Below, in pieces: positions 30,904-39,952 of a stretch of 64,000 bases of DNA. The DNA is taken from the NCBI GenBank assembly GCA_016211085.1, contig JACQSY010000005.1:2599-66598 (forward strand), in the 5' to 3' direction. Below the pieces are notes generated by a model. It saw only the letters and a program-made list of their open reading frames with translations. It was not told where the DNA came from and did no database searches. A program made the translations under genes and the position numbers. Source of the stretch: Acidobacteriota bacterium. Lineage in GTDB: Bacteria; Acidobacteriota; UBA6911; RPQK01; JACQSY01. Each line of letters starts with the position of its first letter. The first letter of the stretch is position 1.

Positions 30904-31280
30904 ATGCCGGGGAGCCGCTCCACTCCCTTGAATACAGTAACGTTTGTTGCGAGCGCGACGGCGGCCAGAGGTGGGACGACGAGGTGATGCCAGGCCCATT
31001 GGCGAGGAGGAGCATCAATGAGATGGCCGTCGTTACCCGCGACCCTTTGGGCCATTGGGGGTTACGGGCGATCTCGGCGCCGCTCGGCGTCGCCGCCGAT
31101 GTACACCGACATCGCCTCCTCTCGCCTTGACCTCGCCTCGCAAGCCCCACTTGCAAACGTTACCGTATAGAACTGGGCTACTGAGTCGTAGACTACTGCA
31201 CATAGTGATTTACCTTTCCGGTCATCGCCGAAGAGGAATCAAGCCACTGGGAAGTCGAAACTACCGGCACGCCCCGGCAT
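30904..31280. ncRNA. candidate large structured RNA of unknown class (GC-rich, nested long-range helices; strand unresolved, minus slightly favoured)
   Basis: No credible ORF. Hand-counted lines give about 67-70% GC against about 40% in the flanks. Helices: 30904-30912/31272-31280 (9 bp), 30934-30946/31154-31166 (13 bp, 1 mismatch), 30947-30953/31137-31143 (7 bp), 31004-31010/31115-31121 (7 bp), plus hairpin 31097-31114. Confidence 0.4.
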
Positions 31281-31333
31281 CTGAACTAGGGAGTACGCGT
31301 TGTACGCCTATTTGCATTTAAGGAGGCATGCTC

Positions 31334-31531
31334 ATGAATTCAGAAAGCAAGAACGGGGGAAGCAACACTGCGATCGTAGCAATTCTGGTGATCGTGGTCA
31401 TTGCTGTTTTCCTCTTTCTGTTCTTTCGTGGAACGACCACCCGGCGAGAGATTGACATCAACATAAACGTTCCCAAGAGCCCTAACCCTACGGAGCATTT
31501 GGATTTCGCATTGCCTTTACCTATCCGTTAG
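31334..31531 (+). CDS. small single-pass membrane protein, hypothetical
   Basis: AAGGAGG lies 7 nt upstream of ATG 31334. MNSESKNGGSNTAIVAILVIVVIAVFLFLFFRG... has one strongly hydrophobic helix. Confidence 0.45.
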   Translation: MNSESKNGGSNTAIVAILVIVVIAVFLFLFFRGTTTRREIDININVPKSPNPTEHLDFALPLPIR

Positions 31532-31608
31532 CAAAAATTCTGTATCTGTCGCGTGTTGCAGGCGCAGCTTTCGCGTATTAGGATGAATCGCCTGGCAACA
31601 CGCGACCC

Positions 31609-32967
31609 ATGCAAAAACTTTTTTCATTCCTTTACCCCGTTCTCTACGCTCTGGTCTTGATCCTTTATTTCCCTTATCTCTTGTGGCGCAGTTTTCGCGA
31701 GCGGCGCCGCATTCATTTTTGGGACCGACTCCAGCCTCCACGCAGTGAAACGGCAGCCAGGACGGCACAGGGCATCTGGATCCATGCCGTCTCCGTAGGA
31801 GAAGTGAACGCAATACGGCCGCTGGCGGAACACCTTTCAACTGCCGGCATCACTCTGTGGATCTCCACCGGCACGGAGACCGGCCAGGCCCAGGCCCGCA
31901 GATTGTTCGAGGGAAAGGCGGGGTTGTTTTACTTTCCCCTTGATTGGAAAAGTGTTTGTCGCAGGTATCTTAAGAATATTCGACCCTCGATGGTACTGCT
32001 AACAGAGACAGAGCTGTGGCCATCCTTTTTAAAAGCCGCACAGGAGCTCGCAATTCCAGTGGTGCTTATCAACGGCAGAATTTCCAATTCATCTTTCCGG
32101 CGTTACTCTCGTTTTCCTCAGTTGACCCGTACCATGCTTCGGGCGGTCACCTGCTTTTGTATGCAATCTCGCCAAGACAAAGAGCGTGTCATCAAGCTGG
32201 GGGCGGAGCCTTCACGGGTTTATCTACCCGGCAGTCTCAAATTCGATTACGAGCTGGTTTCGGACCCAGCTCGGGAGGATTTGGCAACACGGGTGGAGCA
32301 GATCTTAAGGACGGATGCTAATAGCCTGATCTGGGTCTGCGGGAGCACAAGGGAAGGTGAAGAAGAAGTGTTGATTCGGGTGTTTGCTGATTTGAGAGGG
32401 GAATACCCCGACCTCCGCCTGGTGCTGGCTCCCCGCCATCCGCACAGAGCCGAAGTCCTTCGACAGCTTATCGACCCCCATCGGCTGACGTGCTTATTCA
32501 GATCGCAATCGGACCAAGCCCCTCCCCCTTCTGGGGTCGATGTATTCGTCCTCGATAGCCTGGGGGAATTGTCATACATTTACCGTGTTGCGGACGTGGT
32601 GTTCTTGGGAGGCAGCCTGGTTGCCACGGGAGGCCACAATATGATTGAAGCGGCTTACTTCGGAAAGCCCATCATTGTGGGTCCTTACATGGATAACTTC
32701 AAGGAAATCAGCGAACTGTTCCTTACGTCATATGCTGCCTTGCAAGTGCAATCGGCTGCAGAACTGGGCAAACGGCTGCGAGAATTGCTGAAGGACGCAA
32801 ATTCGCGTAGCTGGCTGGGGCGCAACGCAAGAAGAGTGGTCATGGAGAATCAGGGGGCACTCCGCCGCACGTTGGAACTGATCAACACACTCCTGGCCGA
32901 AAACCACGATCCCGCTTCTGCCATCACTATGGGACCTCAGCGCCGACCGGGCCGACTGCAGGCTTGA
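31609..32967 (+). CDS. waaA: 3-deoxy-D-manno-octulosonic acid (Kdo) transferase
   Basis: 452 aa. GIWIHAVSVGEVNAIRPLAEHL and the N-terminal membrane anchor are typical of KdtA/WaaA. Confidence 0.9.
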   Translation: MQKLFSFLYPVLYALVLILYFPYLLWRSFRERRRIHFWDRLQPPRSETAARTAQGIWIHAVSVGEVNAIRPLAEHLSTAGITLWISTGTETGQAQARRLFEGKAGLFYFPLDWKSVCRRYLKNIRPSMVLLTETELWPSFLKAAQELAIPVVLINGRISNSSFRRYSRFPQLTRTMLRAVTCFCMQSRQDKERVIKLGAEPSRVYLPGSLKFDYELVSDPAREDLATRVEQILRTDANSLIWVCGSTREGEEEVLIRVFADLRGEYPDLRLVLAPRHPHRAEVLRQLIDPHRLTCLFRSQSDQAPPPSGVDVFVLDSLGELSYIYRVADVVFLGGSLVATGGHNMIEAAYFGKPIIVGPYMDNFKEISELFLTSYAALQVQSAAELGKRLRELLKDANSRSWLGRNARRVVMENQGALRRTLELINTLLAENHDPASAITMGPQRRPGRLQA

Positions 32968-33035
32968 GTTTCAATGCGGCCACTTGCAAGGGGTGACCCC
33001 GGCGCGTCCTATTACTCGGACCACCTAATTACCGG

Positions 33036-34049
33036 ATGAGATTAATCCTCGCAAAGTTGTTTGAAGCGGTCGTACGTGCACGCGCTCTCGCCTTTCGAAA
33101 AGGCCTGCTTAAAACCCGCTGTTTGCCTCGTCCCGTCGTCAGTGTCGGCAACTTGACCACTGGAGGGACTGGCAAAACGCCTTTGGTCGCTTTCATCTGC
33201 AAGCTGCTTCAAAAGGAAGGATTTCAACCGGTGGTGCTCAGCCGCGGTTACCGTGGCACCGCCGAATGTTCCACACTCATCGTCAGCGATGGAGAGAAAG
33301 TTTACTGCGGCCCGGAGCAGGCCGGCGACGAACCTTACCTGCTTGCAAGAACACTCGGCGTGCCGGTGGTTGTGGGAAAGGACAGATATCGCGCCGGAAT
33401 ACAGCTTTGCAATCGCATTACAGATGCAGTTTTTGTTCTCGACGACGGCTATCAATATTTGCGATTGAAGCGGGATTTGAATCTGTTGGTCCTGGATGCA
33501 AGCGATCCGTTTGGCGATGGCTACCTACTCCCCAAAGGAAGGCTGAGGGAACCACTCTCCGCAATGAAGCGCGCCGACGCAGTGCTGGTGACGCGGGCAC
33601 ACTTGGCCTTTGACGCGGAGGAGTTGGAAGGGGAAATCCGCACACAAAATCCGCTGGCGCCGATCTGGTACTTTTATCACGACGTTGTCGTTTTATACGA
33701 CCTTCGAACCATGGAACGTTATGAACTCGCCAGCTTCTTCAACCGGAATGTCGTTGCTTTTGCAGGAATCGGCAATCCCGGTTTATTCCTGCGGGATTTA
33801 AATCACCATCAGGTCCATGTCAAAGAGGAATTCATTTTTCCCGATCATCATGCTTTCACACAGCAGGAAATAGACCGCATTCTGGCCAGGGCGGCTGAAT
33901 TAGGCGTGGTAGCCGTAACCACCGAGAAGGACGCGGTGCGGCTGGAACGGCTCCGTTTCGGCGCCCACGAGGTTTTTGCTCTCGAAATCGAGGCCAAGGC
34001 TGAAGAACCACAAGCTTTTAGGAATTTTTTAATTGAAAGATTAGATTGA
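33036..34049 (+). CDS. lpxK: tetraacyldisaccharide 4'-kinase
   Basis: PVVSVGNLTTGGTGKTPLVAFICKLL P-loop context, 337 aa. Confidence 0.9.
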   Translation: MRLILAKLFEAVVRARALAFRKGLLKTRCLPRPVVSVGNLTTGGTGKTPLVAFICKLLQKEGFQPVVLSRGYRGTAECSTLIVSDGEKVYCGPEQAGDEPYLLARTLGVPVVVGKDRYRAGIQLCNRITDAVFVLDDGYQYLRLKRDLNLLVLDASDPFGDGYLLPKGRLREPLSAMKRADAVLVTRAHLAFDAEELEGEIRTQNPLAPIWYFYHDVVVLYDLRTMERYELASFFNRNVVAFAGIGNPGLFLRDLNHHQVHVKEEFIFPDHHAFTQQEIDRILARAAELGVVAVTTEKDAVRLERLRFGAHEVFALEIEAKAEEPQAFRNFLIERLD

Positions 34050-34060
34050 ACTCAAATGGA

Positions 34061-35098
34061 ATGTGTGCGCCCATGCCAGACCGCATTTTAGTTCGAAGTA
34101 CTAACTGGATAGGCGACGCCGTGATATCGGTGGCGGCCTTGCGTGAACTGCGCCGGCTGTATCCTTCGGCAAAAATCAGTGTACTGGCGAATTCCTGGGT
34201 TGCAGGAATTTATGAAAGCCAGGATCTGGCTGACGAGATCCTCACCCACAACCTGAACAGAATTTCCGCCCGCGAATTCGTGAAGGTGTCGCGCGGTCTG
34301 TCGAATTTTGATGTGGCGGTCCTTTTTCAAAATGCGTTTCGCGCCGCCTTGCTGGCATGGCTGGCGGGCATCCCGCGCCGCATTGGCTATGCGACTGACG
34401 TCCGGAAACTGCTGTTGACCTGCCACGCCAAGCCACGAATGCCGCGCCTTTACCGACATCAGGTTTTTTATTATCTAGATTTGCTTTTTCTATCCGGGCT
34501 ATCGCCGGTGGATTATGCGGCGAGTGATTTTCAGCCGGACATCAGCCTGCACCCCACTCGGCGCGGACTTGAAGAAGCTTCACAACTGCTTCGTGAGAAC
34601 CAGGTGGACATGAAACGCCGCCTCGTAGCCCTGAACCCTGGAGCTTATTTCGGCTCCGCAAAACGGTGGCTTGTGGATCGCTACGCCAGACTAGCTGACC
34701 TTATCATTGAGGAAACAGAATCAAACATAGTGATTATAGGCTCGGCCAATGAAGTTGAAATTGCAAAGCAAATTCAGGAGCTGATGAGCCGCCCAGCTTT
34801 TCCACTTGCTGGAAAAACAACGCTCCCTGGCCTGATGGGTCTACTCTCGCTTTGCAGGCTGATGATCACCAACGACTCTGGTCCCATGCACCTGGGGGCT
34901 GCGCTGGGAATACCTCAGATCGCTATTTTCGGTTCGACGGACGCCCGAGCAACCGGACCCCTCAATCCAAAGGCCGTTGTGATTCGCAAATCGGTTGAAT
35001 GCAGCCCGTGCCTCCTGCGAGAATGCCCTATTGATCTGCGCTGCTTCACAAGAATCGAGGTAGAAGAGGTCCTTGAAGCGGCAAAGAAACTCCTTTAA
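34061..35098 (+). CDS. ADP-heptose:LPS heptosyltransferase (GT9, WaaF-like)
   Basis: RILVRSTNWIGDAVISVAALRELRRLYPSAKISVLA and C-terminal ITNDSGPMHLGAALGIP. Start uncertain (TTG 34046, ATG 34061, ATG 34073). Confidence 0.85.
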   Translation: MCAPMPDRILVRSTNWIGDAVISVAALRELRRLYPSAKISVLANSWVAGIYESQDLADEILTHNLNRISAREFVKVSRGLSNFDVAVLFQNAFRAALLAWLAGIPRRIGYATDVRKLLLTCHAKPRMPRLYRHQVFYYLDLLFLSGLSPVDYAASDFQPDISLHPTRRGLEEASQLLRENQVDMKRRLVALNPGAYFGSAKRWLVDRYARLADLIIEETESNIVIIGSANEVEIAKQIQELMSRPAFPLAGKTTLPGLMGLLSLCRLMITNDSGPMHLGAALGIPQIAIFGSTDARATGPLNPKAVVIRKSVECSPCLLRECPIDLRCFTRIEVEEVLEAAKKLL

Positions 35099-35694
35099 TG
35101 AAGCGGCAACGAGCAATTTTTTTGGATAGGGACGGCACCCTCATCAAAGAAGTAGGTCTGCTGAGCCGCCTCTCAGACATTCATATCTTTCCCGTGTCAT
35201 ATGCCGCTGTGCGCAAAATCAACCAGAGCGGAGCGCTGGCAATCGTTATAACGAATCAATCAGCCGTGGCACGCGGTTTGATCACCGAAGAAAATCTCCA
35301 GGAGTTGCACAATCTCATCAAACTATCATTTCTTGAAAACGGAGCCTGGATTTACGCTTTTTACTCCTGCCCGCACCATCCGGAAGAAGGACTTGCAGCC
35401 TATCGTAGAGAATGCGAATGTCGTAAGCCGAAGCCCGGGTTGTTGCTCAAAGCCGCTCAGGAGCTTCACATTGAGCTGGGGTCGAGTTTCCTGGTAGGTG
35501 ACCGCATCCGAGACATTCAGGCGGCGCACAATGCCGGCTGCGGGGCAGTTCTGGTGCAAACAGGTTACGGAGGCGGCGAAGTGGATTCAATTTCAACTTA
35601 CCTGCGCGATCATCCCGACCGTAACGTACAGACGGCGCAAGACGTCCTTGAAGCAGTGGAATGGATCTTACGACAACCTTGCGGTTTCAGATAA
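35098..35694 (+). CDS. gmhB: D-glycero-D-manno-heptose 1,7-bisphosphate phosphatase (HAD)
   Basis: AIFLDRDGTLIKE (DxDGT) and CECRKPKPGLL. 1-nt overlap (TAATG) with the upstream gene. Confidence 0.88.
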   Translation: MKRQRAIFLDRDGTLIKEVGLLSRLSDIHIFPVSYAAVRKINQSGALAIVITNQSAVARGLITEENLQELHNLIKLSFLENGAWIYAFYSCPHHPEEGLAAYRRECECRKPKPGLLLKAAQELHIELGSSFLVGDRIRDIQAAHNAGCGAVLVQTGYGGGEVDSISTYLRDHPDRNVQTAQDVLEAVEWILRQPCGFR

Positions 35695-35800
35695 TGCAAT
35701 AATCTGCTACTGTCTCGGTGCATAAATAACGCCGCGTTTGCGGGTGGTGCTTCGCTTATTTATGCTCTGACAGTTCTTGGATTTACTCGCACGGGCTCCT

Positions 35801-36802
35801 ATGTCGGATAAGCAAAGACTTCTGCAATTAATCGATGCCTTTCGCAAAGTCCAAGTGGTTGTCGTAGGTGATTTTTTGCTGGACGAATTTGTCTTCGGGG
35901 AGATCGCCCGTGTCTCAAGAGAAGCTCCGGTGCTGATCTTAAAGTACCAGGATACTCACAGCGTCCCGGGCGGGGCTGCCAATACAGTGGCCAATGTTGA
36001 GAGTCTGGAAGCAAAGGCCTTGCCGGTGGGATTTATCGGCCAGGATGAAAAAGGACGTACCCTGCTGAAGGTCTGGCCTCCGTCCCTCGACAGATCGCAT
36101 GTTTTCTGCGACCCGTCGTTTTCGACCACCAGCAAGAGCCGTATCCTGGCGGGATCCTTTCACTCTTTCAGGCAGCAGGTTGTGCGTCTGGATTACGAAA
36201 ACCCCTTGCAGCTCACCCGGCAGCACGAACAGAAAGTCATGGATCTTCTCAGCCAGCTGATGACGGGGGCGGATGCACTGGTCCTTTCGGATTATGAACT
36301 GGGCAACGTAAGCCCGGCTATTGTCCGGCACTCGCTGACGTTAGGACGGGAATGCCGCAAGCCGGTCGTGGTGGATTCGCGCTCCCACCTGCATCGTTTC
36401 CGCGGGGCTACCGCATTGACGCCGAACATTACGGAAGTGGAATCCACCTTGTCTAGAAGAATTGGCGCTGAACTGTCGACGCTGGAGAGAACGGGACACG
36501 AATTGCGGCGGCAGTGGGAACTGGAATCTCTTCTTATTACCCGCGGGAAATTAGGGATGTCGCTCTTTGAGGAAGGGTGTGTGACCCACATCCCTATATA
36601 CGGCAGCGATGAAGTCGCCGACGTGACCGGCGCGGGAGACACTGTAGTCGCAACCTACACAACGGCCCTTGCAGCCGGTGCTTCTCACAAAGAAGCTGCA
36701 TACCTGGCTAATCTCGCAGGTGGCATTGTAGTGATGAAACGCGGCACCGCCACCGTTTCATCGCAAGAACTGAGAAGCGCCGTGACCAGCCTCCGCAACT
36801 GA
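35801..36802 (+). CDS. D-beta-D-heptose 7-phosphate kinase (RfaE/HldE domain I as a separate protein)
   Basis: PfkB-type kinase. [29 protein letters not shown] and C-terminal [11 protein letters not shown]. Confidence 0.88.
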   Translation: MSDKQRLLQLIDAFRKVQVVVVGDFLLDEFVFGEIARVSREAPVLILKYQDTHSVPGGAANTVANVESLEAKALPVGFIGQDEKGRTLLKVWPPSLDRSHVFCDPSFSTTSKSRILAGSFHSFRQQVVRLDYENPLQLTRQHEQKVMDLLSQLMTGADALVLSDYELGNVSPAIVRHSLTLGRECRKPVVVDSRSHLHRFRGATALTPNITEVESTLSRRIGAELSTLERTGHELRRQWELESLLITRGKLGMSLFEEGCVTHIPIYGSDEVADVTGAGDTVVATYTTALAAGASHKEAAYLANLAGGIVVMKRGTATVSSQELRSAVTSLRN

Positions 36803-36810
36803 GCCCGACA

Positions 36811-37287
36811 ATGGGAACTTCTAAGCTTTTCAGTATCCAGGAAGTAAGACAGAAAATTGAAGAGCTGCGGCGCCACGGCAAGAAAATCGTATTCGCCAAC
36901 GGCTGCTTTGACCTGCTCCACGTGGGACACGTGCGTTATCTGGAAGGCGCCGGGGCGCTGGGCGACATTCTGGTAGTGGGATTGAACAGCGACCATTCGG
37001 TTCGGACCTTGAAGGGAGAAGGAAGGCCTGTTCTCTCAGAAGCCGATCGGGCAGAAATCCTCTCGGCCCTTGAATGCGTCGATCTGGTGGTTTTGTTTAA
37101 CCAGACTACCGTGGATGAACTCTTGCAAATCCTGCGCCCTGACGTGCACGCCAAAGGGACTGATTATACTGAAGAGACCGTTCCGGAACGCGAGACCGTG
37201 AGGTCCTATGGAGGATGTGTGAAAATTGTTGGAGATCTCAAGGCCCACTCGACACGGGAGTTCCTGGAACGAATCAGGAAGGGCTGA
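36811..37287 (+). CDS. D-beta-D-heptose 1-phosphate adenylyltransferase (RfaE/HldE domain II as a separate protein)
   Basis: Cytidylyltransferase fold. [24 protein letters not shown]. Confidence 0.88.
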   Translation: MGTSKLFSIQEVRQKIEELRRHGKKIVFANGCFDLLHVGHVRYLEGAGALGDILVVGLNSDHSVRTLKGEGRPVLSEADRAEILSALECVDLVVLFNQTTVDELLQILRPDVHAKGTDYTEETVPERETVRSYGGCVKIVGDLKAHSTREFLERIRKG

Positions 37288-37375
37288 CCAGCGGTTATGA
37301 GGAAATCAGTGCGACCGCCACGCGGGTCACTTCCCGAAGTAGCTTAATCGCTTCGCAAGTATTTTGAGCACCCGC

Positions 37376-38401
37376 ATGAAGATCCTTATCGTCCGGCTCG
37401 GTTCCTTTGGTGACATCGTTCACGCCATCCCGGTCCAGCAGCAGTTGGCTGACCTGATGCCGGGTGGTGAAATTCAATGGCTTTCTGAGCCTCCTTATGT
37501 TCCGTTCCTGAAATGCGTTCCCGGTGTCTCCAGGATTTGGGCAGCCGATACCAAGAAATGGAAGAGAAACCCTTCCGCATTGCGCGAACTTCCCGCTTTA
37601 CTGAGCGGACTCCGGCGCCAGCATTTTGACCTTGCGCTCGATTTTCAGGGGCTCGCCAAATCAGCGCTGCTGGCGAGGCTATCGGGCGCAACGAGAGTAA
37701 TTGGGTTCAGAAGCCGTGATCTCCGAGAGAGGTGGGCCGCACCTTTTTACACGGAACGGATCGTTCCAATGAATAATGAAGACGCAAAGCGCCACGTGAT
37801 TGAAAAAAATTTTTCGTTCCTGAGGCACCTCGGTTGGCAGACTGCGCCGCGGGCTGAGATCCGTCTGGAAATACCCCTGGCAGACAGTGCTTACATTGAT
37901 GAGAACTTACGACAGCTGAAAATCTCGCGTCCGGTCCTGATCCATCCTGGTGCGGGACGTTTAGCAAAGCGCTGGCAGCCCGCGAGCTTTGCACAGCTGG
38001 CTCAGAAAATTATCGACATCCTCCGCCTGGAGGTCGTCCTGAGCTATGGCCCGGGAGAAGAATCGCTAATTGAGTCGCTTCGTTCCTACTCCGCTCCAGT
38101 TTGCCTTCCCGCTTTCCCCACTACCTTTCTGCAGCTTGCTGCTCTTTGCCGGCGGGCACAGCTTTTCATTGGAGGTGACACCGGCCCCCTGCACCTGGCG
38201 GTTTCCCTTGGCACTCCTTGCGTGGCACTCATGGGTTCTCGCTGGCCCGCCTGGAGAAACGGACCTTACCATCCCACAGATATCGCGATTGATTCTGCTG
38301 GGGGATCGGACAGCAGCAGAACTCCCATTGAGGTATCAGTCGACAGAGCGCTTGAGGCAGTGAAAAAGAGGCTTCAATACTCCCGGGGAGGTTTGCCATG
38401 A
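37376..38401 (+). CDS. ADP-heptose:LPS heptosyltransferase (GT9, WaaC-like)
   Basis: MKILIVRLGSFGDIVHAIPVQQQLA and C-terminal GGDTGPLHLAVSLGTP. Confidence 0.85.
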   Translation: MKILIVRLGSFGDIVHAIPVQQQLADLMPGGEIQWLSEPPYVPFLKCVPGVSRIWAADTKKWKRNPSALRELPALLSGLRRQHFDLALDFQGLAKSALLARLSGATRVIGFRSRDLRERWAAPFYTERIVPMNNEDAKRHVIEKNFSFLRHLGWQTAPRAEIRLEIPLADSAYIDENLRQLKISRPVLIHPGAGRLAKRWQPASFAQLAQKIIDILRLEVVLSYGPGEESLIESLRSYSAPVCLPAFPTTFLQLAALCRRAQLFIGGDTGPLHLAVSLGTPCVALMGSRWPAWRNGPYHPTDIAIDSAGGSDSSRTPIEVSVDRALEAVKKRLQYSRGGLP

Positions 38402-38934
38402 GTACTGCCATTCAGAAGCTGCGCGTACCCATCGGTTTTGCTTTCGCTTTCGCCTACCTGATCCTGGCGGAACCTTCTCCCCTCCTGCTGCTGCCCGGTC
38501 TGGGTGTGGCTGCAAGCGGACTCTTGCTGCGTGTCTGGGCTGCAGGTTACTTGACGAAATTCAGCGAACTTTCCAGGTCCGGACCCTACACCTTTACTCG
38601 GAATCCGCTTTACCTGGGTTCTTTTCTGATGGGTCTGGGCTTTTGCATCGCTGGAGGCAATACATTCTTCCTGATGTTTTTTATCGTCTTGTTTGTGGCC
38701 GTTTACGTTCCGGTGATGAAACGTGAGGAAAAAGAGCTTCTCCAGCTTTTCGGTACTGCCTACGAAGATTACCGCTCACAGGTTCCGCTGTTTTTCCCAC
38801 GATTCAAACGAACCAATTTGGCTACGGAAAGCAACTTTAACTGGCAACAAGTCATCTTGAACGCTGAGTACCGCTCCATCGCAGGATTCCTGGTGGTTGC
38901 CGTACTGATTTTTCTAAAATCCCTATGGCGTTAA
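38398..38934 (+). CDS. isoprenylcysteine carboxyl methyltransferase (ICMT/PEMT-like) family membrane protein
   Basis: GPYTFTRNPLYLGSFLMGLGF...REEKELLQLFGTAYEDYRSQVP. 4-nt overlap with the heptosyltransferase gene. Confidence 0.75.
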   Translation: MSTAIQKLRVPIGFAFAFAYLILAEPSPLLLLPGLGVAASGLLLRVWAAGYLTKFSELSRSGPYTFTRNPLYLGSFLMGLGFCIAGGNTFFLMFFIVLFVAVYVPVMKREEKELLQLFGTAYEDYRSQVPLFFPRFKRTNLATESNFNWQQVILNAEYRSIAGFLVVAVLIFLKSLWR

Positions 38935-39776
38935 GAACCTTTGCATCCGGTACAGTTCTCTCGATCATGCTTTCAGCCATGGTGGGGAGCAACACACCTC
39001 CCAAGATTGAAACGTTGCTGGATTCACCAGATCAAGTTCCCTTCCAGTCTGGTGAACGGTTGTCCTACATAGTAAATTGGAAACCTCTTTTTTTCATACC
39101 GGCTCTTAAAGCCGGTGAACTATCGCTGGAACTGCGGGAGTCCACATACGCCCAGAAGGAAACCTACACCATTAACGCATGGGCGGTCTCAAGCGGCGCC
39201 CTCCCCAGAATCGCCGGCATCGAGGTCCAGAATTTTTTCGAATCCATCATCGATCGCCAGAATTTTCGATCTTATCGCATCCTGAAGAAAATCCGGGAAG
39301 GGGAACGAAGAAGAGAGGTAGAGGTTCGCTTTGATTACGGACTGAACCAAACACATCTGCGAGAAGCGGATTGGTCGCAAGACCCGCCCCGGGAGCTTCG
39401 CAATGAAACTATTTCAGGAATCCCCGGTCCCTTAAGTGATGTTTTATCGGTCTTCTACGTAGCACGCTTAAAGGAATTGCAGGAGGGACGCCAGTATCTG
39501 GTTTATCTCAGTGACAACGGAAAACACCAGGAAGTGCGCGCAAGCGTGGAACGGCAGGAAAAGATCGGGACCCCGATCGGCAACTTTCCAACAGCGAGAG
39601 TGAGCACTGTAGGGGGTCTTTTTCGGGGAGGCGGAGATTTTCGAATCTGGTATTCCCAGGACAATTTGAGGTTACCGGTTAAATTTGAGGCTGATGCAAA
39701 GTTTGGCAAGGTTTACGGCCACATTATCAAGTTCGAGACGAAAAACATGAGCCGCGGGAGAATCAGCAGCAAGTAG
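38925..39776 (+). CDS. DUF3108-like secreted protein
   Basis: FQSGERLSYIVNWKPLFFIPALKAGELSLEL...VRFDYGLNQ fits the DUF3108 pattern as I recall it. Overlaps the upstream gene by 10 nt. Confidence 0.55.
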   Translation: MALRTFASGTVLSIMLSAMVGSNTPPKIETLLDSPDQVPFQSGERLSYIVNWKPLFFIPALKAGELSLELRESTYAQKETYTINAWAVSSGALPRIAGIEVQNFFESIIDRQNFRSYRILKKIREGERRREVEVRFDYGLNQTHLREADWSQDPPRELRNETISGIPGPLSDVLSVFYVARLKELQEGRQYLVYLSDNGKHQEVRASVERQEKIGTPIGNFPTARVSTVGGLFRGGGDFRIWYSQDNLRLPVKFEADAKFGKVYGHIIKFETKNMSRGRISSK

Positions 39777-39952
39777 AAGCCGGGCGACGCTTGCTTCATG
39801 GAGATGCGGTCGCAAGAGACCGCCTTCATCAGCGCGCGACGGGTTGTCCGCAACGACTTTCGATTTCTTTGTGTCAGCTCAGAGATCTTCCCACCAGCGG
39901 CCGTGTTTGGCAGCAGGTGGAGCAGTTTCCAATACGGCGACGAGGCGCTAAA

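Noticed and set aside
30904-31280. RNase P RNA, 6S RNA, SRP RNA or cobalamin riboswitch identity for the same region.
   Set aside because: It lacks GGAAAGUCC (CR-I) and ACAGAAxxCGGCUUA (CR-V). It is the wrong size and shape for 6S or 4.5S RNA. GCCACUGGGAAG resembles part of a B12 element only superficially, and no cobalamin-related gene follows.
30904-31285. Calling the structured region a tmRNA (ssrA) on the minus strand, because GGGGCGUGCCGGUAGUUUCGAC resembles the tmRNA 5' end.
   Set aside because: I found no T-arm (GGxxx-UUCGAAU-xxxCC) followed by an acceptor 3' strand and ACCA anywhere downstream. No Ala-initiated tag ORF ends in a hairpin-presented stop. The 3' partner of GGGG is followed by GGCAU, not ACCA. 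I keep it as an unknown-class candidate instead.
30649-31321. Track ORFs 30649..30987(+), 30772..30999(-), 30875..31156(-) and 31055..31321(+).
   Set aside because: They have Arg/Pro/Ser-rich nonsense-like sequences and no SD. They mutually overlap on both strands and span the promoter/terminator and the GC-rich structured segment.
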